Part shown: piece after piece, positions 11,724 through 21,945 of the stretch
How the letters are laid out: every line of letters begins with the position of its first letter
Numbering within the stretch: the stretch's first letter is position 1
Assembly: GCA_000165345.1 (NCBI GenBank)
Contig: CM000433.1
Location: forward strand, 480,001-544,000
Reading direction: 5' to 3'
Length of the DNA: 64,000 bases
The notes under the pieces: generated by a model
The model's database searches: none
What the model was told of the DNA's origin: nothing
The model's input: the letters and a program-made list of their open reading frames with translations, nothing else
Made by a program: the position numbers and the translations under genes

Positions 11724-12353
11724 TCAATGTTTAAAAGTTATTGATTTAATTGTCGAAGGGGACGAACATGTATCAGTATTATATTGAATAGACTCTGACG
11801 ATATATTATTTGAAATTGCTGTGAATAGTTCTATTTGATCTGGAGATTGAAGTTGATTATATAGACTACGACTTATATCTGCTTGAGAAGATACTGGGCT
11901 CGATAAAGGACTTATAAAATCTTTTTTTAACCTAAATGGGATTTCCAAAGTTCTTATCGGGTATTTTTCTCCTTCATTATATTTTGATTGCCTTCCTGCT
12001 TCTAAAGTATTCTTAAATTTTGTATTTACGTTTTCTGTCAAGGGAATTCTCAAATGACTTATTTCACGACTATCAAACCTCTTTATTATTGATTTTATTG
12101 CTACTGCAAGTAGTCCTAATATTGGAGCTGAAATAAGTAGTGACAATATCAATATTGTAAAAATTATTCCATTCGAGTAATTAGCAAGCTTTGTTGAATT
12201 GAATGATATTTCTAAATTCCCAATCCAGAGGACTTTTTCCTTTAATACATACAAATTGCTTGAAAGTAAATTACTCATCGAAACGTGATTATCCTTACAA
12301 GAAATTTTGTAATTGATAGAGATATTACTGTTATTTTCGTTGATAATCATCAT
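11724..12353 (-). CDS. hypothetical membrane protein fragment containing a TM helix. It may be the C-terminal part of the upstream ORF.
   Basis: The product is 209 aa with one clear TM helix, FTILILSLLISAPILGLLAVAI, then a basic stop-transfer KSIIKRF. The start MMIINEN lies only about 66 bp downstream of the stop of the 12420..13628 ORF on the same strand. Confidence 0.4.
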   Translation of the reverse strand: MMIINENNSNISINYKISCKDNHVSMSNLLSSNLYVLKEKVLWIGNLEISFNSTKLANYSNGIIFTILILSLLISAPILGLLAVAIKSIIKRFDSREISHLRIPLTENVNTKFKNTLEAGRQSKYNEGEKYPIRTLEIPFRLKKDFISPLSSPVSSQADISRSLYNQLQSPDQIELFTAISNNISSESIQYNTDTCSSPSTIKSITFKH

Positions 12354-12419
12354 GTTTATTATTGAAAATAATTTATAATTACTTGAAAATTTGTGTAAAT
12401 AATTGAATCCTTTGTTTTT

Positions 12420-13628
12420 TTATACATTTTCAATCATCTCCAAATCACGAAATTCATTGTTTTCTTTATCAAAAATCTTAATAATCAAAGATTTTCCGTC
12501 ACTTGATCTTGTATATATATTAATTGAATACTTCCCTAAGCATTTAATTATTTTATTAAATGAAATGTTCAAATAAGTAACAGAATTGCGATTAACTATC
12601 AAATTATTGCTTTTTTTATCAGTTTCAATGACAGAAACAGTATTTTTTTCAAAAAATCTTGTTCCATTTTCGTACTTTGTACATGATTCGGGGTTAATTA
12701 CCTTATTTTCCTTAGAATTTTCTTCCAAATTCTTATATTCATCCTTAATCCAAAATGTATTTGGTGGTACTATCTTAATTAGCAGATAGTATTTATCACT
12801 TTCCAATTTCCCAAAGAATCTAATTCCAAAATTAATAAATAGAGATAATCCCAACTCATTTGAAAGAAGTAAATATCTATTCAAGTGAATCATTTGATCA
12901 TTGTAAATATTGTGGGCGTTAAACAGCGTAATAAATTGCTGATCAAACTCTAAATAGTTAATAATTGGAATATTCAAGCTTGCAAGAACATTAAAGTATT
13001 TCATTTTGTCACCATACATATATTTTTCTGAATATTTATAATTACAAATGTGATCTTCACTTAATAATAAATAGTCATTATTGATGCATTGAGTAAATTC
13101 ACAAAAGTTATTAAAGTGATAAAAATTTAAGCTTGGAAGGTAATTTCCATAAATACAACTTAAATTAATACTCGAAAGTTTTTTAGGCATTATTTTTGGA
13201 GAATCTTGAAAATTTCCTAAATAAAGTTGAATTCTTGTTTCTTTTAATGCTTGCACAACCCGATTAATTTGCAATCCAGAAATTGCATCATTCACAAAAT
13301 CTCCAGATGTTCCTGCAATTGACTCCATTATTCCAAAAAAGTGGGAACTTAAATATATATTTTCTAAAGGCAATAACTTGTTTGTGTGTGTTTCATTTTT
13401 AGTCACTTGACTTGTTTTGTCCAAAAGTATATATCCATTATATTTTGAACATTCAAGAAGATCTGCTGCATCAATTGGGAATAAGGTCTTGTTACTTTTA
13501 TCATTGAATTCAATGACTTTTGTTTTATTTTCATGGTGAAATTTGGTATCATGAGCAATTCCGAACTTATTTTCTAATATAGAAAATAATAACAGAATAG
13601 CAAAATAGTACACACCCAGAAAAATCAT
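12420..13628 (-). CDS. hypothetical secreted/ectodomain protein with an N-terminal signal peptide
   Basis: The start is ATG (cat at 13626-13628). The signal peptide is MIFLGVYYFAILLLFSILENKFG. The body is Cys- and N-glycosylation-site-rich with no recognisable domain. The stop TAA is at 12420-12422. Confidence 0.5.
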   Translation of the reverse strand: MIFLGVYYFAILLLFSILENKFGIAHDTKFHHENKTKVIEFNDKSNKTLFPIDAADLLECSKYNGYILLDKTSQVTKNETHTNKLLPLENIYLSSHFFGIMESIAGTSGDFVNDAISGLQINRVVQALKETRIQLYLGNFQDSPKIMPKKLSSINLSCIYGNYLPSLNFYHFNNFCEFTQCINNDYLLLSEDHICNYKYSEKYMYGDKMKYFNVLASLNIPIINYLEFDQQFITLFNAHNIYNDQMIHLNRYLLLSNELGLSLFINFGIRFFGKLESDKYYLLIKIVPPNTFWIKDEYKNLEENSKENKVINPESCTKYENGTRFFEKNTVSVIETDKKSNNLIVNRNSVTYLNISFNKIIKCLGKYSINIYTRSSDGKSLIIKIFDKENNEFRDLEMIENV

Positions 13629-14012
13629 TCATTGAGTTTGAAGCAGTTTTATTTTAAGATTAAAATATGTTCCAATGTTTCTTAAAAATAGAAATCCAAT
13701 ATTCTTTTTAGGAACACTAATCTTAAAATTTATGTTACCCCAATTAGTACTCGATACTAGTGATGCGCCAATTATTTAAATTATTGAAAAAAAAAAATTC
13801 TTAAATATTACTCGCTTTAATATTATTAAGAATTGTCGATTTTGTGTGTTTAGAAATATAAACACTTTTTAATACTTGCTCTGACAATAAAAGGTAATTC
13901 TCTGGTTTTATCCTGGTCCAGTTTAACAGACTAAAAATCAATTCAATAATTAATCTTTATATATATATATATATTTTCTCCCATCGCTGATTCACTCTTA
14001 AAAGTTTTAAGT

Positions 14013-14411
14013 ATGAAAAAGTCAACAAATAGCAAGACCCCAAACTCAGAAGTTTCCAGTCCAAAGGTTCCAGCATCAAATAATATATTGGATGTATTTC
14101 AAGAAATGAAACAAGCCTATTTCTCAAAAGTTCCTGAAAATATCCAAATTTTGGATTCTTTTATATTATTTATGGCTTTAATTTCCATTATTCAAATTAT
14201 TTATTGCCTACTTATTCGAACAACTTATCCAATAGACTCTCTGATTGGCGGAGTGTTTTGCACTACTGGAACAGCTCTTTTAGTCTCTGCCCTCAGAATT
14301 CAATTAACTTGCCCTTCATATTTTGGTGACGTTTCTCCAAAAACTGCATTCACTGATTTTGTCATTTGCTGCATTGTATTCTTTATTGGATGCGCATCTG
14401 TATTAGTATAG
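14013..14411 (+). CDS. DAD1: oligosaccharyltransferase subunit DAD1/OST2
   Basis: ATG is at 14013. FILFMALISIIQIIYCLLIRTTYPIDSLIGGVFCTTGTALLVSALRIQ aligns with human DAD1 [44 protein letters not shown]. It has three TM helices. Confidence 0.8.
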   Translation: MKKSTNSKTPNSEVSSPKVPASNNILDVFQEMKQAYFSKVPENIQILDSFILFMALISIIQIIYCLLIRTTYPIDSLIGGVFCTTGTALLVSALRIQLTCPSYFGDVSPKTAFTDFVICCIVFFIGCASVLV

Positions 14412-15299
14412 TTGTTCACTAAATACTTATTGTTATTTCTTTTAATTAATTTGTCATATTAAACACCTATTAAACTAATCATTTTATCTCAAATATATTA
14501 AAAAAATTCTTTGGCCTCAATTAAGTAAAGTTCCTAGAATTAAAGAAAAAAGCAATATTTACATGAAGTTTTTTTCTTATGTGGATAGAAATTATGCAAG
14601 TTATGCACGTACCGGCATTTGCATGCAGAACTAGCAAATAAAAACCCACATAAATAATACACGTAATATGATTTTAAAAAATTATTAAAAGAAAATGAAT
14701 TAAAATTTTCATTAAATAGATAACATCTTTTTTTCTTTTTTTAAAAATTTAAATAGATAGTTTGAAGGTTTTAATTGGAAGTAATGAAAAGTAACGTATA
14801 AACCACAAAAGAACCGAATTATTCACGAAAGTTATCGAGGAGAAATTTGAATTTAATATCACACGTAAAAAAAAATCTGACTTTTGAAAACAGTAATAGC
14901 ATGAAAAAAAAATAGATCAGGTTAGTTTGGGAGAATATATTAAAAAAAAAAAAAGAAAGTTAAAGCAATTCATAGTAAGACATTAAATATAAGAAAGATT
15001 ATTAATTTCTTAAGCAAACTATCACAACCAGGCTTAATTGGAAAGTTTTTAGAGAATTATGTTGCAAAATCAAAACAAAAGACAAATTCAATGTGTATGC
15101 TAATATAGACTGATCTTTAAAATGGCGCCTTGTGGGACAATTGGATACTGGAATGCCCGCATGAATGCGTTAAATGCTAATTGTCAGTTAAGCTTCAAGA
15201 TCGGGAGGAAAGGAATTAAATCAGAAAATAGACAAATAAAGTAGTTGTAAGACTACAACTGCGAAATAATACCAGAACCTTTTGATTAGTGGTGGAAAG

Positions 15300-18200
15300 A
15301 TGGATTTGGCGAGAGATTATTTATCCCGTTTACGAAGTAAATGTGGCGAGGACACAGAACTTTATCAAGAATTTCTCAGAATAATGAGAGATTTTAAGCA
15401 TGGAAGCATTAATGCAAGAATGGTTATAGATCAGGTTGCAGAGCTATTTAAAAAAGATACAAGTTTGATAGCAGAGTTTAATAATTTCCTTCCAGAGGAA
15501 CTTAGACTTCAAATTCCTCAAAATGATTGTGAATATGCAGCAGCCTTTGTTAAAAAAGTCAAAGATATCGCACCTGCAATATATAATGATTTTCTAATGT
15601 TACTAAGTAAATATAAGGATGGAGAAAAGTCAGTTAATGAGGTTTGTGAACTATCATCTTCTCTTTTTGCATCATATCCTGATCTACTCGAGGAATTTGT
15701 ATTATTTATTCCTGAGCTTTCGGGAAAGACAGAATCTTTGATATCATCAAACAAACAGTCTACCGAAAAGAATTTATCCGATTCTCAGAATGATTATTTA
15801 GATAAATCTGAATTCTTAAGTTATTTGGCTAGCACTGTACACTCAATTTCAACAAAGAGTGAACCACCAAAGGTGGTAACAAGAAAAGCTTCATCCAACC
15901 TTCCATATGAAATGACAGTTGTTCCTGAGTTGGACAGAATATTAGAGGACCAAAAGAAGAGACTTTCAAATGCAGAGGAAGGCAGTGGAATAACTGATAA
16001 TTTAAAATCAGAAGGAGTTAATCAAGGAATAGTTAGTAATGAAAAAGGATATTCTACTCAGAAAGCTGCACCTCAAAGCTATTATTATAACCCAGAGGAT
16101 ATGTCCATTTGGGAAGCGGATTATCGAATCTTTGAAGAGGTTTACATAGCTTTTGGTGAGAACTGTCAAGATTATTATCAAGATTTTTTGAAGCTTATAC
16201 ACCTTTATACAAGAGGAGTATTAACTGTTGTAGAAACTTTATTAGCTCTTGAGTTCTTCTTCCCAATGGATAGTGGAGATCTACCTTATGAAGTGAAAAG
16301 AATGATAGTACAGAGAGAGTCAGCAAGGAGGAAATATTCGTATTTTTGCTGTAATTTTGCTCAGCTGGATTATACAAACTCTGCTAGGAATGGTAGTAGT
16401 TACCTTCATTTACCTAAAGACTATCCAATAGCGTCATGTACTGGAAGAATTAAAAGCGATCAGGAAAATTTGAATGATAAATGGGTAAGTATCCCTCAAG
16501 GATCTGAAGATTTTTCATTTAAGCATATGCGTAAAAATGTTTATGAAGAAAATCTTTTTAAATGTGAAGATGAGAGATTTGAATTGGATATGGTTATTGA
16601 AAATAATAGATCAACAATAAACGCCTTGGAACCGATAGCAGAAGAAATTAGCAAGTTGTCTCCCGAAGATAAAAAGAATTTTAAACTAGTTAAACCACCA
16701 TTTTCAATTATTCATCTCAAGGCAATTTCTAGAATTTATGGCGATAATGGGCCTGAAATATTGGAATTACTTAAAAGGACACCATATAGTTGTATCCCAG
16801 TAATTTTGAATCGACTTCGTCAAAAGGATGAGGAATGGACTCATGCAAGACATTTAATGAATCAAGGTGTATGGAGAGATATTCAAACTAAGAATTATTT
16901 TAAATCCTTTGATCATCGTTCATTCTATTTCCGACAAGTAGATAAGAAAAACACAAATGTTAAAGGGTTCCTATGCGATATTAACAAGGCTTATATGCAA
17001 AATAGAAGGATTGAAACTGAATCACATAATATTACAGAAACTAATTCTGAGAAAGTTTCAAATCAGCAAGTTGATTCTCAAAATTGTGAAAAAGATAATC
17101 AGATTAAGGAAACGGGAAATGATAAAACTAAAAATATTCCTCTTAGATTCAAAAATGAGTCCAATAGTTGGAGCGTGGACTCAGAATTTACATCTCAAAT
17201 GCCAGATTTGGAAGTTCACAAGGAAGTAATAGAACTTATTAGCTTTACAATTTATCGTCAGGCAAATGGCCCAGCAGCTGGATCCAAAGCCAGAAACTTT
17301 TTACAAAGATTTGTCCGTTCATTATTCTTACAAACTGGATATGGCTCTTTAGATAATGGATTAGTCACGTTAAAAGAGTTGCAAAGCGAAGGAACATCTT
17401 TTAAGGCAGGAGTTAGTAAAAGCATTCAAGGTGGGTCTTCTAATAGTAGTTTTAGCTCATCTTCACTTAGTGGAGCAGGTGAAAAATCTTTACTTACTGT
17501 GGAAGCTTATGTAAATGCAGTCACTGAAGGTAATGGTTCAACAGGATCCATTTCATTTAACGGTAATTCGATGTCTAGAGGAAGAAGGATGACCAGAAAT
17601 CATTTAAGGAAGTCAAATATTTCAGGTCAGATTTCTGAAAATGTCAAGGGTAAATCACAATCAGGGGATTATGCTAATGATTCAGAGGATCAGAATGCTT
17701 CAAAGATTACAGATTTGGTGGCTGGGGTTGGTGAATCTGCTTCAGTTGATGAGACAAATGGAGGCGGAAATTCTTCAAACTCAAATGGTTCAGAAAATGC
17801 TTCTTCAAATGAAGAAAATGATTTGAGTACAATATTTAAATCATTTTCTTCGACTTATGATTGCAGAGGTGGACTTAAGTATATTTGGAATGATAATTGT
17901 AAGGTAAATTGGCATAGTAATAATTTATCTCCAGATTGGTTTTATTCAAAAAAGGTACAATATAACAGCGAAGGAAGAAGAATAAGTATGGAGCCTTTGG
18001 ATATTGGCGAACTAAATACATCATCAACCTCCAATGATTCAGAAGATATGGTTAGGTATATTATGGGTAATGATCATGTTTGTTGTTTTATGAGATATTA
18101 CCAGATAATATATGAGCGTTTGAAAAAGGCAAAAAGTACTATAGAGCAACGCGAGCAGAATCCTCTTCCATTCCAAAGATGGTCTCCAAATGGTCCTGAT

Positions 18201-19574
18201 GTTCCGAGACCAACGTACAAACAAGTGATTTGGTGTTGCTTTGGACTTTTATCTGGAGAATTAGAGCTCAGTTTATTTGAAGACATTTGTAGAGATGCAA
18301 TGGGGAATGATTCATATTGGCTTGGAACAATAGACAAGGTGTTGCAGGGTATTTCGAAGGTGGTTATACATATAGTTAATGATTTAGCTACTTGTAGATT
18401 AATGGCTATGAACTTGGCATACAGAGATACAGTTTTTGATCATTATAAGAAGTTAGAGGAGTTTATAGCAGCATCTAGGTCATTACTTCCAACAATTCAA
18501 ACATCATTCTATATTATTACTTGGTCCCCTGGTAACTCTGTATTGAAAATTAGGATGAGACAGTTGGAGGATTATTCAATGACTTTTGTACCTTTTATTC
18601 AAAATGACTCGAATAATATTGAAAACTTGGATGAACAAATGAAAATTAATGACCAAAAAGGGGAGATATATTCATCTGATTCAGCGAAAGGAATACTGGA
18701 AGAAAATCAAGTGACAAATTTAAGTAATTTTAATGAATTAAATCAGGAATCTAAACCTGAAGTAGAAAAAGAAGGCATAGATAAAGTAGAAGAGGAGAAT
18801 TCAAAGACTGTTAATGAAAATCATGACGATGATCAAAATTCTAAATCGGCTAGTAGTGGCTTAAAATTATTATCTGAAATGAAGTTATTGCCTCCAGAAA
18901 AAGCATTAAAAGACTTAGGAATGGAATCAAACCAAATCGAGGTTGGACAAGCTGTAGATTTAACAAACCATGTAGAGCTTTTACAGCAGATTTTAGTTCA
19001 TCAATTAAGTAATGTTAGTGATGAGGCTATGGAATCTTCTGAAACAATAAAACTGAACCAATTTTCCGATAAAGAAAACGCTAAGATATCCAAGTTATTA
19101 TTAAATAATCCCGTTTCATTCTTTGTATGTATGGAGCAAACCTTTGTAAAACCCTTATTATATTATTCACCAAAAATGAAGTTTATCGCAAAATTGGCAG
19201 CTTCTGCTCAATGGTTAGGATTCTTACCAGATAATAGTCATAGAGATATTGCAAGATCTCCATCAATACTTCGCGAATCCACTTCGACTAATTCCATAAG
19301 AAATAATGCTAATGAGCCAAGAAAAGCGAACCGTCGTGGCTTATTATCTGCTGAAAACCAAACTCAGACAGATGATGATAAAGGACATTGGTCTGAGGAG
19401 TCAGCTGAATCAAATAGTCGAACGATGATATCTACTAATGCTGGGCGAAAAGGAACAGGAAAGAAGAGAACTAGGGGAATGCCAAGCGATATTGTTACTG
19501 AGATTGATGATCTGGATATTAGAGTAACGAGAAGAAGAGCAGGAAATGCTTCAAAAGGTGGATTCAGAAGGTAG
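15300..19574 (+). CDS. SIN3: Sin3-family transcriptional co-repressor (PAH domains plus HDAC-interaction domain)
   Basis: The ORF-track start at 15282 is TTG; the first ATG is at 15300 (MDLARDYL...). PAH1 is YQEFLRIMRDFKHGSINARMVIDQVAELFKKDTSLIAEFNNFLP, and PAH2 is IYNDFLMLLSKYKDG...LLEEFVLFIP. The HID-like region IPVILNRLRQKDEEWTHARHLMNQGVWRDIQTKNYFKSFDHRSFYF matches Sin3 HID. Confidence 0.8.
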   Translation: MDLARDYLSRLRSKCGEDTELYQEFLRIMRDFKHGSINARMVIDQVAELFKKDTSLIAEFNNFLPEELRLQIPQNDCEYAAAFVKKVKDIAPAIYNDFLMLLSKYKDGEKSVNEVCELSSSLFASYPDLLEEFVLFIPELSGKTESLISSNKQSTEKNLSDSQNDYLDKSEFLSYLASTVHSISTKSEPPKVVTRKASSNLPYEMTVVPELDRILEDQKKRLSNAEEGSGITDNLKSEGVNQGIVSNEKGYSTQKAAPQSYYYNPEDMSIWEADYRIFEEVYIAFGENCQDYYQDFLKLIHLYTRGVLTVVETLLALEFFFPMDSGDLPYEVKRMIVQRESARRKYSYFCCNFAQLDYTNSARNGSSYLHLPKDYPIASCTGRIKSDQENLNDKWVSIPQGSEDFSFKHMRKNVYEENLFKCEDERFELDMVIENNRSTINALEPIAEEISKLSPEDKKNFKLVKPPFSIIHLKAISRIYGDNGPEILELLKRTPYSCIPVILNRLRQKDEEWTHARHLMNQGVWRDIQTKNYFKSFDHRSFYFRQVDKKNTNVKGFLCDINKAYMQNRRIETESHNITETNSEKVSNQQVDSQNCEKDNQIKETGNDKTKNIPLRFKNESNSWSVDSEFTSQMPDLEVHKEVIELISFTIYRQANGPAAGSKARNFLQRFVRSLFLQTGYGSLDNGLVTLKELQSEGTSFKAGVSKSIQGGSSNSSFSSSSLSGAGEKSLLTVEAYVNAVTEGNGSTGSISFNGNSMSRGRRMTRNHLRKSNISGQISENVKGKSQSGDYANDSEDQNASKITDLVAGVGESASVDETNGGGNSSNSNGSENASSNEENDLSTIFKSFSSTYDCRGGLKYIWNDNCKVNWHSNNLSPDWFYSKKVQYNSEGRRISMEPLDIGELNTSSTSNDSEDMVRYIMGNDHVCCFMRYYQIIYERLKKAKSTIEQREQNPLPFQRWSPNGPDVPRPTYKQVIWCCFGLLSGELELSLFEDICRDAMGNDSYWLGTIDKVLQGISKVVIHIVNDLATCRLMAMNLAYRDTVFDHYKKLEEFIAASRSLLPTIQTSFYIITWSPGNSVLKIRMRQLEDYSMTFVPFIQNDSNNIENLDEQMKINDQKGEIYSSDSAKGILEENQVTNLSNFNELNQESKPEVEKEGIDKVEEENSKTVNENHDDDQNSKSASSGLKLLSEMKLLPPEKALKDLGMESNQIEVGQAVDLTNHVELLQQILVHQLSNVSDEAMESSETIKLNQFSDKENAKISKLLLNNPVSFFVCMEQTFVKPLLYYSPKMKFIAKLAASAQWLGFLPDNSHRDIARSPSILRESTSTNSIRNNANEPRKANRRGLLSAENQTQTDDDKGHWSEESAESNSRTMISTNAGRKGTGKKRTRGMPSDIVTEIDDLDIRVTRRRAGNASKGGFRR

Positions 19575-19683
19575 TAATTAAACTAAATTACTAAACGATA
19601 GCTTTGCTATTGGAATTGGAATAAAAGTGAAGAAGGTATCTTGAATCTGTGTTTATTATATACAAAACAACAAATACTACCAT

Positions 19684-19766
19684 TACTACTACTACTACTA
19701 CTACTACTACTACCACTGTTATTACTACTATACTACTATTAATACTATTACTACTATTATTACTAG
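19684..19766. repeat. (TAC)n microsatellite, 10 perfect units then degenerate TAC/TAT/TAA units
   Basis: tactactactactactactactactactac at 19684-19713, continuing as attactactatactactattaatactattactactattattactag. Confidence 0.9.
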
Positions 19767-20123
19767 ATCAAAGTCTTGAGTTATATTTTAAAAAAAATGA
19801 AAAAAGCTGAAAATCCTAGAAAATGTCTAATAAATTATTCTCTTTGTTCATTTTCATTATACATTGATTTAGCCATATCTCAATAATATTAAATCTAATT
19901 TTCAAATATATCCAAAAGAAATATGCTCGTATTACTGCTTATTTTAGTTCCCATACGTTTTAAAGATCCATAATAAATTTCTATTTCAAATTTTTAAAAA
20001 TTTCTATCTTATAGTAATTAGTATTGCTATCCGCTCTTCAAAGTCAAACTTAGTTCTGGAGATTACTAATCAACAATAAATCTGTCATAATTAAATTATC
20101 TACTTTATACCTGCTCGTGTAAT

Positions 20124-20197
20124 GCCGCGATAGCTCAATTGGATAGAGCGTTGGACTTCTAATCCAGAGGCTCGGGGTTCGATTCCCCGTCGCGGTG
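20124..20197 (+). tRNA. tRNA-Arg(TCT): tRNA-Arg (anticodon TCT)
   Basis: A hand-folded cloverleaf fits. The acceptor is GCCGCGA/TCGCGGT. The D-arm is GCTC-AATTGGATA-GAGC. The anticodon stem TTGGA/TCCAG encloses loop CTTCTAA. The T-arm is CGGGG-TTCGATT-CCCCG, with discriminator G. A T6 run follows immediately (pol III terminator). Confidence 0.85.
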
Positions 20198-20290
20198 CTC
20201 TTTTTTATATATATAACAAATTATGTGGTTTGGCGGGCTCCAGTTTTTTATAATTGTATAGGCAAACAGTCACTTTTGATTGTACGTGAT

Positions 20291-20364
20291 GCGGGCTTGG
20301 TGTAGTTGGATATCACGTCTGCCTACGGAGCAGAAGGTCAGGAGTTCGAGTCTCTTAGCCCGTG
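20291..20364 (+). tRNA. tRNA-Arg(ACG): tRNA-Arg (anticodon ACG)
   Basis: The acceptor is GCGGGCT/AGCCCGT. The D-loop is AGTTGGATA. The anticodon stem TCTGC/GCAGA encloses loop CTACGGA. The T-arm is AGGAG-TTCGAGT-CTCTT. A T5 run lies downstream. Confidence 0.85.
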
Positions 20365-21029
20365 TATTTTTGCAATTTAGTTTTGTTTAGTTGTACTTAT
20401 TTTATGGAATTATTATTATTATTACTTTAATTCAAGATTAATTTTTAAATAAGGCTGTTCCTATATGTAAGAATTGAAATAAATTGACCAAGGTTTTGAT
20501 TATTTCCTTTTCTTTTTAATTATAGAATTCTAATTTACATGCATGCAAAACTGCAATAAACATTATTAATGACGTGTAGAATTTTTTTTAGTACCGACAT
20601 ATAATAATAATAATTTATAATTAAACTTTTTAAGATTTAAATTTAAATTAAAAGTATAAAGATTATTTTCATGGTTCGAGCGTGAAAAGTACTTGACTTT
20701 TTGGTTATTGTAGCTTAAAAATAGCCATTGGTTGAAAAGAATTGCGAAGCTTTGTAAAAAGTTAAGTCAAGTCTTTACCGTAATTTAGTTTTCAATAATT
20801 GCCACAGTAATATTGTTGGATAAATTTGAATGAATTTTTATTTGGAATTTAATATTCAAAATATTTACCGGTAAAAAAAATACAAGTATGAGGGGAGTAA
20901 ACAAGAGGTGTTAGAATTGATGGAATTGTAAGTCTAGCATTGACATAAATTACCTATATAATTGTATTACAATCGAATAGTGAGTTTTCATTATTTTAAT
21001 GTCTAAGATCCAAGTAGCTTGCATTTTTT

Positions 21030-21872
21030 ATGTCGAGAATTGAAAAAGGTTTTAACATCTTAGCTAACTTGGGGATAATGCTGGTTGCAGGTGGAAGCAT
21101 TTTGGCGTCTAATAGTATGTATAACGTAGATGCTGGGCACAGAGCAATAAAGTTCTCAAGAATACATGGAGTTCAAAGAAGGATTTATGGAGAAGGAACC
21201 CATTTTATGCTACCTTGGATTGAAAGACCAGTGATATTTGATATCAGAGCAAGGCCCCGAGTTGTTGTATCTCTAACGGGAAGTAAAGATCTTCAAATGG
21301 TGAATATTACGTGTAGAGTTTTATCAAGGCCTGATAAAGAGAAGCTGGTGGAAATATATAGAAATATAGGGCTGGATCACGATGAGAAGATTCTTCCATC
21401 AATAATTAATGAAGTGTTAAAATCAGTAGTGGCTCAGTATAATGCTTCTCAACTACTAACTATGAGAGAAGATGTGAGCAAAACAATCCGAGATTTACTG
21501 GTAAAAAGAGCCCAAGAGTTTAATATTATTCTGGATGATGTCTCTTTAACCCATTTAAGCTTTTCCCAGGATTATGAGAAGGCTGTAGAGTCCAAGCAAG
21601 TTGCTCAACAACAAGCAGAAAGAGCGAAATATCTTGTTCTCAAGGCAAACGAAGAGAAAAAAAGTACTATTATTAAGGCTGAAGGCGAAGCAAAAGCTGC
21701 AAAACTAATTGGAGATGCAATAAATGAGAATCCTGCCTTTATTGCTCTTAAACAGGTGGAGACTTATAGAGAAATCTCTAATATTTTAGCAAAATCAACT
21801 TCCAAATCGCTTATAAATCTTTCATCATTCTTGCCAAGCCTCCCAAATAGTAATTTACAATCATCTTGTTAG
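21030..21872 (+). CDS. PHB1: prohibitin (PHB1-type, band-7/SPFH family)
   Basis: ATG is at 21030. [19 protein letters not shown]...[24 protein letters not shown]...[37 protein letters not shown] is near-collinear with human PHB1. Confidence 0.85.
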   Translation: MSRIEKGFNILANLGIMLVAGGSILASNSMYNVDAGHRAIKFSRIHGVQRRIYGEGTHFMLPWIERPVIFDIRARPRVVVSLTGSKDLQMVNITCRVLSRPDKEKLVEIYRNIGLDHDEKILPSIINEVLKSVVAQYNASQLLTMREDVSKTIRDLLVKRAQEFNIILDDVSLTHLSFSQDYEKAVESKQVAQQQAERAKYLVLKANEEKKSTIIKAEGEAKAAKLIGDAINENPAFIALKQVETYREISNILAKSTSKSLINLSSFLPSLPNSNLQSSC

Positions 21873-21945
21873 AGATAAAATAATTGAAATATTGAATAAT
21901 CCGTTGATCATGTTTTATCAATTAGTCCTGTTGATTTCAATTTCC

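Noticed and set aside
12354-12419. Possible short intron joining ORFs 12420-13628 and 11724-12353
   Set aside because: Candidate donor GTATAA and acceptor (TTTTCAAG or AACAG) leave an in-frame TAA immediately after splicing. A frameshift, stop or two genes is more likely. It is kept as a finding instead.
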